17,153 nucleotides of DNA. Source: Candidatus Helarchaeota ASGARD archaeon Hel_GB_B (GTDB taxonomy: Archaea > Asgardarchaeota > Lokiarchaeia > Helarchaeales > HEL-GB-B). How positions within the stretch are numbered: position 1 is the stretch's first letter; every line of letters starts with the position of its first letter. Where the stretch lies: contig SUPR01000074.1 of assembly GCA_005191425.1 (NCBI GenBank), positions 1-17,153 on the forward strand, read 5' to 3'. Of this stretch, positions 1 to 9,741 are shown piece after piece. Made by a program: the position numbers and the translations under genes. The notes below the pieces were generated by a model that was given only the letters and a program-made list of their open reading frames with translations, was not told the DNA's origin and did no database searches.

Positions 1-3000
1 GTATATACTAAAGTAGATTCATTTCCAATTAAAATGGAATAATCAGTATAAACTTTTCTTATATTGAATTGAATCGTTAATGACATATTACTGAAAAATG
101 GTTTTCCAATCCAGCTAAAATTGACTTGAACAAAATGATAACCAATCTGGTTCATTTTAATTGCAAGCGTATTTATTCTTAAAGAAAATTTACCCCATGC
201 TAGTTCACTAAAAGTATATGATGTCTCAGACATATTCCCATCAATTATTGCTCTACCACGGATTTTTTGCCCACCATATGACGATATATTCGAGATCCCT
301 TGCCCATTTTTATCCATATCCAAATAATATAAAGTAATTTCTGCAATACTACCATAAGCAAATGTTTGTGGTGTATCATAAGAGAATTGAGTCTCTCTTG
401 CTTCAATAATTACTGGGATTATTATAGAACTATTACTATATTGAGAGTTATAAGTCCAATTTACCCAGATAGTAAAGTCATAAGTCCCTATATCGTCTAA
501 ATACCATGTGTTGATATGAATAATATACACTCCATTTGATAAATTATCAATATAAATATAATTAAAAACTTGAGAATTAACCAAGGCAGAAATACGAATA
601 TTACCTGAATTATTTGAAATTCCAATATTATTTCTATCTAAATCTCTATATTGAATAGTAATATTTGCATAAAATTCGAATGGAGTTACTTCAGGTGGAT
701 TATAATCTATATCAGTTGACCGAGGCCTAACTTGAAAACTAAAAGTTTCATTTGCACATTCTAAAGTGCTCTTTTTTGCAAAAATCCATAAACTATGGGT
801 TCCTACATTTTGAAGAGATGATGCATTTATTTCAATCCTATATACACCGTTCCCATCTTCATAGACAGTAAATGGCGTATAAAGGCTTGATATAGTGATG
901 TATGCATTTTCTATTGGGTCATTATCATGAATTGACTCAAAATCACTAATTACATAATTAATAGTAATTGTTAAATTTGTGTTCCATGGAACAGGATTAA
1001 CAGGGTTAATAACTAATAAAGTAGTAATATTACGGACATTAATTGTTAGTTCAATTGTTTTATTTTGGTAATAGGGGCTACCACTCCAAGATATATTTAT
1101 CATTATTGCATAAATTCCGGGTCCAGGCAATGTTGATGTATCAATATTTATAAAATATCGCCCGTTTGTTTCATTATTAATAGTATAAGAAGCACCATAA
1201 TTTGAAATATTACAAATTACAAATACTTTTCCGGAATTGTTTAGGATATACTGGTTGTGATCTATATCTTTATATTGAGTTTGGACGACTAATGAATTAT
1301 TATATGGAGTTACACTTGGAGGATTGTAACCAAAAAATGTCCGAATTTTACGGATTACTACATAAACTATAATTGTTTGAGGATCATAAAATGTTTTATT
1401 AAGATGAATATAGACCGGTAGAAGGGTATTAAATTGTGTTGGTAAAATAGTAGTCGAGTTAATTTTTATTTCATAAACACCTAAACTAATCTCTTGCCAA
1501 ATATAATTATTACCCCATCCAGAAACAGAAACATTACTGGTCGAAATTCCAATTAATTTAACAGTATCATTATAAGCCACGGTAATATTAAAGGTATCAC
1601 CCCACGGAATATCTCCTTCAGGAGTATTAATTGCTGTTAACGATGTACTCCTTGTTGTTATTTGTAAAATATATAAAGTAGATGCCATTTCATAGTGTTT
1701 CTGCCAATTACCCCATGAACTGTCTAGAGATGCATTTATGTATAGTTGGAACGACCCTAGTCCTAAATCTGTCGAAGTATTTATCAAAAGTGTATATAAT
1801 CCAGTAGAACTATTTTTAATAACGGAATATGACCCATTAACATCAGGTCCACTCCATTCATGCAGGGTATTACTTGAATCTTTCCAGTATACATTGAAAA
1901 TGCTATTATTTAAGCCTACATTATGGTCGGTGTCATTTAATTGGATTGAAATTGAAGCATTTAATCCAAAATTAACAAAGCTTGGAGCAGATAAAATTGT
2001 AAGGTCAGTAGCTATCTTTCTGATTGTAATAGTAGTAGCAGTACTTGTATTTTCATAATGTTCAGCGTGTGCCTTTATAGTTAACCTATAAGACCCTTCG
2101 GGTCTATATTCCCAAGTAGTATTTATTCGAATTTCATAGACCCCAAATCCAATTTCCGTCACAGTATAATTTGAGGCAGGCCAAATAGATTGGGGTTCCA
2201 ACCAGATAGTAGACCCATTGATGTATTTGTATTGCTCGGTATCATTATGAGTTACTGTAATAATTAATTCATCTCCAAAAGGAACAATAGTCCCAGGATC
2301 TGTATCTATAATTAATAAAGCAGAAGGGGGATATTGAATAGTTACCATTATTTGAAAACTTTGGTTCATGTAATGATCTTGGTATAAAGTCACATTAATT
2401 CTATAGATTACATTCTCTTCGGTAAATGCAGTATCGAATGTAACATACCATTTGCTTGCATTTGTATCATATCTAACACTATAATTCCCAGAAACCCAAG
2501 GAGCATCACCAGTTATTTGGATATTTCCTTGAATAGCCACATTATTGTCAGAGTCTCTATACTCAATTTCCGATGTAAAACTATATCCATAAGCCCAATT
2601 AGAAACAAATGAAGTATTTGTATAATAATCAGTATAAACTTTTCTAATAGTAAATGTAATTGAGACATTCTTTTCTCTATAATATGTTTTATTAACAAAA
2701 ACCCAAGTAGTCCAACTTTGTTCTTGCACACTTGTATTAAAGGTTATTTTGAATTTACCAGTACTAATAATTGTTATAGTATATCCGTAAGCCCAACCAC
2801 ATGAGATATTATTTTGGGAAATTAATATACCAATATCATTATGGTCTGAATCGTTATAGGTAAAAATAATTGTTAGATTGGAGTTCCAAGGTACCATTTT
2901 TGGATAATCGCCAACATTTAGAGTAGTCTCGATTTTTCTAACTGATAAAGAAATATTTATAGTCCTATTTACATAAAATGGAGCACCTTTTGAATATACT

Positions 3001-6000
3001 GAAATTTGAATTGAATTAATCCCTAATTTAAGTATATTATCATTTGTATCTACTTCAATATAGTATCTACCAGGTTCGATAGTCTGCATATTTAATACGC
3101 GATAGATATTAATTGAAGGTAAATAAAATATAATATTCAATGTACTGTTATCTATTCCTAAATTAGTATCAAGATCTTTATAATAAACAGAAATGTTTAC
3201 TTTTTCTCCATAAATTGTGATAGGAGGACTTTCATATGTCAATTCAGTATTTCGAGCCCTGACCCTAATTGTAACATTTATTGATGCTGGTGCATAATAG
3301 GGGATTCCAGTATAATTGGCATAAATCGTGAAAATGTAATTCCCAATATTAGCTAATTTTGAGGTATTAAATTTAATCATATATCCATTAGTTATTTCAA
3401 TTATCCAAGCATACCCATTTGAACTCCAGAGAGTATTATTCAGGTCATAAATTTCAATTTGTACGTTATAAGATTGATTATTAATATTTTTATTTCCTTG
3501 AATATCAATATATGAGATATTTAAAGTTGCATTTAAACCAAATCCGACTGTTTCTGCTGGTATATAGGTAATTTCCGTATCACGTGTATTAACAACAATC
3601 TCGATCACCGTTGATTTATTATTGTAATACGGCTTTCCAGACCAATTTACATAAATTAAAAACCTAAAAGTACCAATATCACCAATTTTGGTTGTATTGA
3701 TAATAATATTATAATAACCAGACCCAACCTCATTTATCCAACAAGTTTTTGCGAGGGGGCCAAACCAAATATAGGTGGAATTGTATAAATAAACATTTAT
3801 TTTAACATTAGAGCCCCAAGAATTCGTGGAATTTGAAATTCCTAAACTATTATTATCTAAATCTCGATATAAAATTTTGATTGTACTATTAAGCCCAAAA
3901 ACAACAGAATCAGGTGGATAACCAATTAACTCGGTAGCCCTTGACCTTGTTTTTATATTAACAATTGTAGATTGATTTGAATAATAGGGCTCTCCAGTCC
4001 AATTAACTGTAATCTTGATAGGAAATGATCCATAACTATTCCAAACAGAAGTATCAACTTCAATCCACATCTTCCCTAATTCAACGGGGTCAAAATGCCA
4101 ATCCCAATAACTTGAAGATAAATTACAATCAAATTCAATATTTGACCCATTTATAGAAACTCCATGGTACGAATCAATATATTTTACCCAGAAAGATACA
4201 TTGTCATTATATGGTGTAGTACTTGGAGGAGAATACAATAATTGGGAGTCAACTGCTCTAACTGAGAGAGTTACATAATTTGTTCTATCTGAAAAACCAG
4301 GGGCTGTAATATTTACTTCTAATATATAAGTACCAATTGTTTTTGCACTTGTATTTATAAACACATCATATGTCCCATCTAAATTATCAATAAAATAATA
4401 ATAATTTGTAGAATTTCGAGTCCAATTTATATTAATGTCTACATCTGAAATATAATTTCCTTCTTGATCAGTATAAGTTATTTTAAAACTTGTTTCCTCA
4501 CCCCAGACTTGTTGTGCGGGATTTGTTACTATTAATGCAGATTCTCTAGGTATTAATTTAATCGAAATATTTATAGATTGAAATTCATAATGCGTTCTAT
4601 TCGCCCAAATAGTTAAGTTATAGGTCAAATCCATATTAAAATTAGTAGTATTTATCCTTATTTTCCAGGTTGGATTTGAATCGGGTCCTATTTGCAACAG
4701 TTCAAGATTGTTAATAAGAGTCTTATTTGAGTCGTAAGTAAAAATAGTAATATTCAAATAAGGAGCAGAATCATTTCCTACATTAATTCCCCTTTCCCGG
4801 TCTATATAATATAGCGAAATGTTATATACACCAATAGGAATAGTTGCACTTGGAGATTCAGGAGATGACAAGATAGTATAAGTCCCCCTAATAGTAAGGT
4901 TCACATTCGATAAAGTATCTGGGACATAATTTGATTTATTTACATCAATTCTAAAATTATAGGTCAGTTCATACATATAGTCCATAACAATTTCAATTAA
5001 ATAACTACCATCACCTAAATCGGTGTAACTCCAATTATTATGATATGTAAAGGAGCTTACAGAAGGACTAATTAATGTTAGGTTAATAGTAGCCCCAGTT
5101 ATTCCTCTACTATGGTCTAAATCATAATAAGTTATTGTAAAAGTAGCATTTTCAGTACTACTCCAAGCTACCATTCCAGGTGGGTCATAACTTAATAATG
5201 TTGTAATTTGCTGTATAGTAATCGTAATTGTAATAGACTTATTTTGATAATGAGGCTCGATATTTGCCCATGAAAAATTTATTACTACTGAATATATTCC
5301 ATAAGATGGAATTGAACTCGTATTTATTATTAAAATATATTTATTTGAAAGATTCTCTACCCAAAATTCAGGTATCATTGCTAGAGAAATAATCTGGCAC
5401 GAAACATGTAAATTACCTGAATTATTATTTATAAAAGGCGTGGAGGAAATATCTATATCTTCATAATAGAGGCTTATGGATAAATTATCAGAATAAGGAA
5501 CAGCTTCAGGAGTATCATATAAGATTTGAGTTCTTCGTTCCCGTATAACAAACTGAGTAGTAATACTCTGATTTTGGAATCGACCTTGATATATCCAACT
5601 TACATTTATTTGAATTGAATATGTAGAAAGACTTGGTAAAACTGAGCTATTAAATTCTATTAGATATCTACCAGGAGTTCCGGGTTCTGAAATTATATAA
5701 ATAGGCTGAGTAGGTATTGCTGGACTAAAAATAAAACAATGTATACGGACATTATTTGAAGAATTTGTTATTCCTTGATTGGTCGTATTATCTAGATCAA
5801 TATAATCTACATAAATTGAAACATTATTTAAAAATGGAGTTACTTCAGGAGTCTGACTTGTAAATGATGTTAAATGTTTACGTATAGTAATGATTGTGCT
5901 CGTAAAAGTAGTTTCATAACCAGGTTGGGCTATAGAAATATTTACAGACCTAGAACCAATTGACCAATTATAAGTAATAGCAGATACCGTGAATACTCCA

Positions 6001-7070
6001 GGTGAAATTTCATTTGCAGGTCTGCTTACTCCATCGATCTTTATTACCGGAGATCCTCCACCTATATAGCAATTTAAATCTAAATCTCTATAATAGACGG
6101 TTAATGTCGTGTTTTCTCCCCAAGGAGTTGGGTCCGGGACATCAGCAGTTAATGAAGTTTTATGGAACCTAATTTCAAATGGTACCAAGATTGATTGGTT
6201 ATAATATTTTGACTTGTAAATAGTTAAATTTGCTACATATTGACCACTAGAAAGTCCTGTTAAGTTTACTTCAATTGTATATTCACCGTTTCCAAGATTA
6301 TTATATTGATATTTTCTTCCTGAAGACTCATTAAAAGTCAAATCATAAATTGAATTAATAGGTTGACCATCTAAAGAACTAGAATTATCTTCTACGGAAT
6401 AATGGACAGTAAATGTTATATTTTGTTCCCATGGAACGGGAATAGGAGTTTCAGCAATAAAAATAGTTTTTATAGGTCTGATCGCTATTGGTACAAGAAT
6501 AGAACGATTGATATAATACAATTTTTCGGCTGTTATGTTGATCGTATAACTTCCAATATCCCAATTAGAAGTACCTAATTCAATATTGTATACCCCATTT
6601 CCGGCGTCTGTTACAGTATATGATGAAGTATTACACGAAATTTCTGCTCCACTAAGCCCTCCACCAGTTGAGTTTTTAAATGTGATAATTAAAGAAGTAT
6701 TTACACCCCATGGAATAGAAGAAATAGCTTCATAAGTTAATGTAGTATCATCTATTATAATTAACTTAAACATATCATTTTGATTTTTTGAGTCATAATA
6801 ATCACCTTGAGCCCAAACATCTAAATAATAAATCCCTAATTTCCCACTTGTATCAATATCTAAAGAATAAATACCACCACCATAATCGACCATTGAACCA
6901 TTCAAATCATTTCCATTAACCCAACTTTTAAGAGAATAAGTAACATTTGCACCATTTATCCCAGTCCCCAAATCACTATCTGTATATTTTACTTTTAATA
7001 TTGCAATATTTCCTGCAAATACCGTTAATTCGCCACTTGTTGGAGATTGCCTTGTCAATGTTGTCCTATG
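1..7070 (-). repeat. Protein-level tandem array: 22 complete Ig-like repeats plus the start of a 23rd
   Basis: The recurrent consensus is T.L.Y..P..(V/T)P(W/Y/F)G.N..I.I.Y.D.D...GI ... G.G.Y.I.I(N/D)T..L..G.Y.I.I ... (P)YY.N.S..I.I.IR. Examples: HKTSLTADVPDPTPWGEN, DSQLLYSPPSTTPYNDN, RSTDIDYNPPEVTPF. The count was made by eye. Confidence 0.85.
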
Positions 7071-9509
7071 AGTAATTGTAAAATTTGTACGTAATTCACC
7101 TGCTTCTAATGCTTTTATCCCAGTTGTACTATTATCCCAATGGACTACAACTAAATAATTACCATTTGTCGCGTTTGTTGTAGACAAATAAATATCCGAA
7201 AAAGTCACTGAACCGCTTACCACACTCCGCTCTTCAGTATACCATAAATCTCCAGATTGGTCATATATTGATAAATTTGCAGTCCTATCAACGGAATTTA
7301 ATAAATCTGCTTTAACCCGGACATATTGATTAATGTAATAATTTGTCTGCGGATTATTTAAATTATTTAATGTTTGGACACTTGTAATATAATTTGGAGA
7401 TACACATGTAAAGTTAAAATAACCATACTCTGCAACACTTGTAGGTACTTCTATATAACCATCATTTAAATTACCTCCTAATACATCATCAGTTATATTT
7501 GAGGGCGGTGAATCGGGGTTAAAGACAGATTTTAATTGCCAGTCTTTAGGAATTGTAATATTAAATTTATAGCCTTGAATATCAGTCTGTGGGCTGGGAA
7601 GGTCAGGTGGAGTTGCAAAACAATAAAAATTCCAAACTGGATTTCCTAAATGGTCTGTATAAAAATGGGTACCTAATTCGGTTGTACCATAAGTATGATA
7701 AGTATTTCTTTTTGAAAAACACTCAATAGTATTTTCAACTTTTAATGATACAGGTTTTTGGTCTAAATTATTATAAAATGGAGTTGAATTTACAAAAATT
7801 GTAGTATTTAAAATTCTAGGTTGATTTCCAGCAACCCAATAATTTGAAGGTGTAATTGTGTAGGATCCTATACCCCAATTTGTTGGGTCATCTTGAATTT
7901 TATAAACCGGATATATTACTATATCGTCAAAACTTGAATTACTTACTCCATTATATTCGGCAGAAAGGCCGAAAATCCCACTTGAATATCTAGTGGGATC
8001 AGTATCAATAATATTAATATAAAGAGTACCATTTAAATAAACTCGAAAATGGTTATCAATCACGATAACCTCAATATCATACCATCTGTTGGGAACTATA
8101 GTGGTCTGAGGTACAGTCTTGTGGATAGAATCACCAGGATTCCATTGCTTAGCGTCAAGTCCCCCTTCTATCCTTAATAAATGAATACCATTATAGTTGG
8201 GGTTTGACCTAGCATCAATTCGGACAAAATAAGTATCTGAAACACTTGTTCCTCTAATCATTAATTCAGCTAAAGCATTAGAATCTTCAGCTCTCATTCT
8301 TGCCTTAATTACTGCATTCGTAATAGTCACACCATTCGCTATCGTATTTACTCTTAAACCAGAATGTATACTCCTATAAAATTTATTTCCTCCAAACTGT
8401 TGGACTAACCAAGTACCACTTTGGACAGCCCATCCATTTGCTGGATTTCCTGCAGTATCACTTTCAAAATTATCGTTTAGATTAATTTGATCCCCCATTA
8501 TCATACTAGCTTCTACCTGACTTGGCTTTGGAATTGTCGTAATAAAAAGATACACTTTATCAAAATATGCCTTATGTTTTGGCGCAAAATTTGTACCTGA
8601 TTGTGGAGATATAAATTCAATTCCAATTTTAAAATTAACTTTCTTAGGTATATCTCCAAATGTACTTGGATTTATATATACGACAGCAGATTGCCAAGTA
8701 TTATCAGGAATATTAAAAAAACTTATTGTTTTTACCGGTGTATCGTCAATATAAGCTACTACTGCTACACTCTCTTTTGATGTGTATGTCCCATCGACAT
8801 ATTTATAATAATCAAAATATAATTGGGCACTTACAATTTCTCCTCTGTCTAAATTAATAGGATGTACCCACCGACTCGCGGTACCTTCATATACATAATT
8901 ATAATTATTTCCAGTAGTATAATTATTATCAACATAAATCTCAGTTTCTAATTCAGGATTCGGTCTGGAAACATCAAAATCAGTCAAATTTGTCTTTATC
9001 TCCATATATGCAGTCCCACTGAGACCACTATTCATATGCATTCTAAATTCATCAGTCCACCCAATAGGATAATTCCGAGTTTCAGTTGGATATTGAGTAC
9101 CATTGCCTAAAAAGTCTATTGAACCCCATCCATGATAATGTATATTCTCATTTCTGTTAGCGGTCCTATCGGTCCAATTATAATTCGTTAACCAACATTT
9201 ATTTTCCATCAAATTATATACTTTTGTCGTTAATTTTTCTGCTTCCCAATTGGCAGGGATCTGAAGCGAAGAGGTCCCATTATTTTTCGATGATAAACTT
9301 AATGTCCCAGTTGAGTTACTTGTGCTCCCATATTCTGTAAAATTAAGCGATTTGCCATAATTACTGTAATTCGATATAGCATCTGTAGACATTGGTGATT
9401 TTGATGAATTATAATTAATTAATGGATAATCATTAATATATATTAAACCAATAATTCCAAATAGGATAAAAATTGAAAATATTATTGAGAATAATTTGAA
9501 TTTCTTCAT
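1..9509 (-). CDS. Giant secreted/cell-surface glycoprotein A, 3'-truncated by the window (>3169 aa): signal peptide, N-terminal jelly-roll domains, >=22 tandem ~100-110 aa Ig-like beta-sandwich repeats
   Basis: ATG at 9509 is preceded by GAGTGAG. It starts MKKFKLFSIIFSIFILFGIIGLIYIND. I translated 9509 to ~6660 line by line and spot-checked many lines down to base 1 (last residues RKVYTDYSILIGNESTLVY); all are open in the same frame. Its absence from the stop-terminated ORF track also fits a frame with no in-window stop. It is rich in N/T/S/Y/I/W with very many N-x-S/T sequons. Confidence 0.95.
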   Translation of the reverse strand, partial: MKKFKLFSIIFSIFILFGIIGLIYINDYPLINYNSSKSPMSTDAISNYSNYGKSLNFTEYGSTSNSTGTLSLSSKNNGTSSLQIPANWEAEKLTTKVYNLMENKCWLTNYNWTDRTANRNENIHYHGWGSIDFLGNGTQYPTETRNYPIGWTDEFRMHMNSGLSGTAYMEIKTNLTDFDVSRPNPELETEIYVDNNYTTGNNYNYVYEGTASRWVHPINLDRGEIVSAQLYFDYYKYVDGTYTSKESVAVVAYIDDTPVKTISFFNIPDNTWQSAVVYINPSTFGDIPKKVNFKIGIEFISPQSGTNFAPKHKAYFDKVYLFITTIPKPSQVEASMIMGDQINLNDNFESDTAGNPANGWAVQSGTWLVQQFGGNKFYRSIHSGLRVNTIANGVTITNAVIKARMRAEDSNALAELMIRGTSVSDTYFVRIDARSNPNYNGIHLLRIEGGLDAKQWNPGDSIHKTVPQTTIVPNRWYDIEVIVIDNHFRVYLNGTLYINIIDTDPTRYSSGIFGLSAEYNGVSNSSFDDIVIYPVYKIQDDPTNWGIGSYTITPSNYWVAGNQPRILNTTIFVNSTPFYNNLDQKPVSLKVENTIECFSKRNTYHTYGTTELGTHFYTDHLGNPVWNFYCFATPPDLPSPQTDIQGYKFNITIPKDWQLKSVFNPDSPPSNITDDVLGGNLNDGYIEVPTSVAEYGYFNFTCVSPNYITSVQTLNNLNNPQTNYYINQYVRVKADLLNSVDRTANLSIYDQSGDLWYTEERSVVSGSVTFSDIYLSTTNATNGNYLVVVHWDNSTTGIKALEAGELRTNFTITHRTTLTRQSPTSGELTVFAGNIAILKVKYTDSDLGTGINGANVTYSLKSWVNGNDLNGSMVDYGGGIYSLDIDTSGKLGIYYLDVWAQGDYYDSKNQNDMFKLIIIDDTTLTYEAISSIPWGVNTSLIITFKNSTGGGLSGAEISCNTSSYTVTDAGNGVYNIELGTSNWDIGSYTINITAEKLYYINRSILVPIAIRPIKTIFIAETPIPVPWEQNITFTVHYSVEDNSSSLDGQPINSIYDLTFNESSGRKYQYNNLGNGEYTIEVNLTGLSSGQYVANLTIYKSKYYNQSILVPFEIRFHKTSLTADVPDPTPWGENTTLTVYYRDLDLNCYIGGGSPVIKIDGVSRPANEISPGVFTVSAITYNWSIGSRSVNISIAQPGYETTFTSTIITIRKHLTSFTSQTPEVTPFLNNVSIYVDYIDLDNTTNQGITNSSNNVRIHCFIFSPAIPTQPIYIISEPGTPGRYLIEFNSSVLPSLSTYSIQINVSWIYQGRFQNQSITTQFVIRERRTQILYDTPEAVPYSDNLSISLYYEDIDISSTPFINNNSGNLHVSCQIISLAMIPEFWVENLSNKYILIINTSSIPSYGIYSVVINFSWANIEPHYQNKSITITITIQQITTLLSYDPPGMVAWSSTENATFTITYYDLDHSRGITGATINLTLISPSVSSFTYHNNWSYTDLGDGSYLIEIVMDYMYELTYNFRIDVNKSNYVPDTLSNVNLTIRGTYTILSSPESPSATIPIGVYNISLYYIDRERGINVGNDSAPYLNITIFTYDSNKTLINNLELLQIGPDSNPTWKIRINTTNFNMDLTYNLTIWANRTHYEFQSINISIKLIPRESALIVTNPAQQVWGEETSFKITYTDQEGNYISDVDININWTRNSTNYYYFIDNLDGTYDVFINTSAKTIGTYILEVNITAPGFSDRTNYVTLSVRAVDSQLLYSPPSTTPYNDNVSFWVKYIDSYHGVSINGSNIEFDCNLSSSYWDWHFDPVELGKMWIEVDTSVWNSYGSFPIKITVNWTGEPYYSNQSTIVNIKTRSRATELIGYPPDSVVFGLNSTIKILYRDLDNNSLGISNSTNSWGSNVKINVYLYNSTYIWFGPLAKTCWINEVGSGYYNIIINTTKIGDIGTFRFLIYVNWSGKPYYNNKSTVIEIVVNTRDTEITYIPAETVGFGLNATLNISYIDIQGNKNINNQSYNVQIEIYDLNNTLWSSNGYAWIIEITNGYMIKFNTSKLANIGNYIFTIYANYTGIPYYAPASINVTIRVRARNTELTYESPPITIYGEKVNISVYYKDLDTNLGIDNSTLNIIFYLPSINIYRVLNMQTIEPGRYYIEVDTNDNILKLGINSIQISVYSKGAPFYVNRTINISLSVRKIETTLNVGDYPKMVPWNSNLTIIFTYNDSDHNDIGILISQNNISCGWAYGYTITIISTGKFKITFNTSVQEQSWTTWVFVNKTYYREKNVSITFTIRKVYTDYYTNTSFVSNWAYGYSFTSEIEYRDSDNNVAIQGNIQITGDAPWVSGNYSVRYDTNASKWYVTFDTAFTEENVIYRINVTLYQDHYMNQSFQIMVTIQYPPSALLIIDTDPGTIVPFGDELIITVTHNDTEQYKYINGSTIWLEPQSIWPASNYTVTEIGFGVYEIRINTTWEYRPEGSYRLTIKAHAEHYENTSTATTITIRKIATDLTILSAPSFVNFGLNASISIQLNDTDHNVGLNNSIFNVYWKDSSNTLHEWSGPDVNGSYSVIKNSSTGLYTLLINTSTDLGLGSFQLYINASLDSSWGNWQKHYEMASTLYILQITTRSTSLTAINTPEGDIPWGDTFNITVAYNDTVKLIGISTSNVSVSGWGNNYIWQEISLGVYEIKINSTTILPTQFNTLLPVYIHLNKTFYDPQTIIVYVVIRKIRTFFGYNPPSVTPYNNSLVVQTQYKDIDHNQYILNNSGKVFVICNISNYGASYTINNETNGRYFINIDTSTLPGPGIYAIMINISWSGSPYYQNKTIELTINVRNITTLLVINPVNPVPWNTNLTITINYVISDFESIHDNDPIENAYITISSLYTPFTVYEDGNGVYRIEINASSLQNVGTHSLWIFAKKSTLECANETFSFQVRPRSTDIDYNPPEVTPFEFYANITIQYRDLDRNNIGISNNSGNIRISALVNSQVFNYIYIDNLSNGVYIIHINTWYLDDIGTYDFTIWVNWTYNSQYSNSSIIIPVIIEARETQFSYDTPQTFAYGSIAEITLYYLDMDKNGQGISNISSYGGQKIRGRAIIDGNMSETSYTFSELAWGKFSLRINTLAIKMNQIGYHFVQVNFSWIGKPFFSNMSLTIQFNIRKVYTDYSILIGNESTLVY
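7914..8474 (-). other. Concanavalin A-like/LamG/DUF1080-type beta-sandwich (lectin-like) domain in protein A, aa ~346-532
   Basis: The segment DNFESDTAGNPANGWAVQSGTWLV...NAVIKARMR...YFVRID...RWYDIEVIV.DNHFRVYLNG.LYINIID.DPTRYSSGIFGL.AEYNGVSNSSFDDIVI has the DxFE start, WY.I.V...Y.NG core and G..GL...FDDI end typical of this fold. Confidence 0.75.
8528..8885 (-). other. Possible galactose-binding-like/CBM jelly-roll domain in protein A, aa ~209-328
   Basis: It shows alternating beta-strand patterns, a W...V motif (NTWQSAVVYIN) and a terminal YFDKVYL strand resembling the YFDDV.L end of CBM-like jelly rolls. Confidence 0.45.
9432..9509 (-). other. Signal peptide / N-terminal hydrophobic anchor of giant protein A
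   Basis: Basic n-region MKKFK is followed by the hydrophobic stretch LFSIIFSIFILFGIIGLIYI. No obvious A-x-A cleavage site follows immediately, so it may be an uncleaved anchor. Confidence 0.85.
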
Positions 9510-9515
9510 TTAAGA

Positions 9516-9522
9516 CTCACTC
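9516..9522 (-). promoter_or_regulatory. Shine-Dalgarno-like site GAGTGAG for giant protein A
   Basis: It lies 6 nt upstream of the ATG at 9509 and resembles the archaeal GGAGGTGA motif. Confidence 0.6.
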
Positions 9523-9741
9523 ATTATTCTAATTTTTTTCAAAATATTTAATTATTCTAAGACTGTTTGATTAGTCTATTTAATTATTCCTTTGATTAAT
9601 ACTTCTAATCTATCAAAATAGAATATTACCTTTGATACAAAATTTCTTTTCTATTAAAAACTTCCATTAAAATGGAAATGAATAATATTAACTTGTAATT
9701 ATTTATAATTATAAATAAAAATGGAAATTGTTTGTGATTCT

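Noticed and set aside
1738-2058. Plus-strand 106-aa ORF
   Set aside because: It is an antisense shadow of giant protein A, with no RBS or recognisable motif.
2513-2731. Minus-strand 72-aa ORF
   Set aside because: It is in an alternative frame wholly inside giant protein A, whose frame carries the repeat consensus here.
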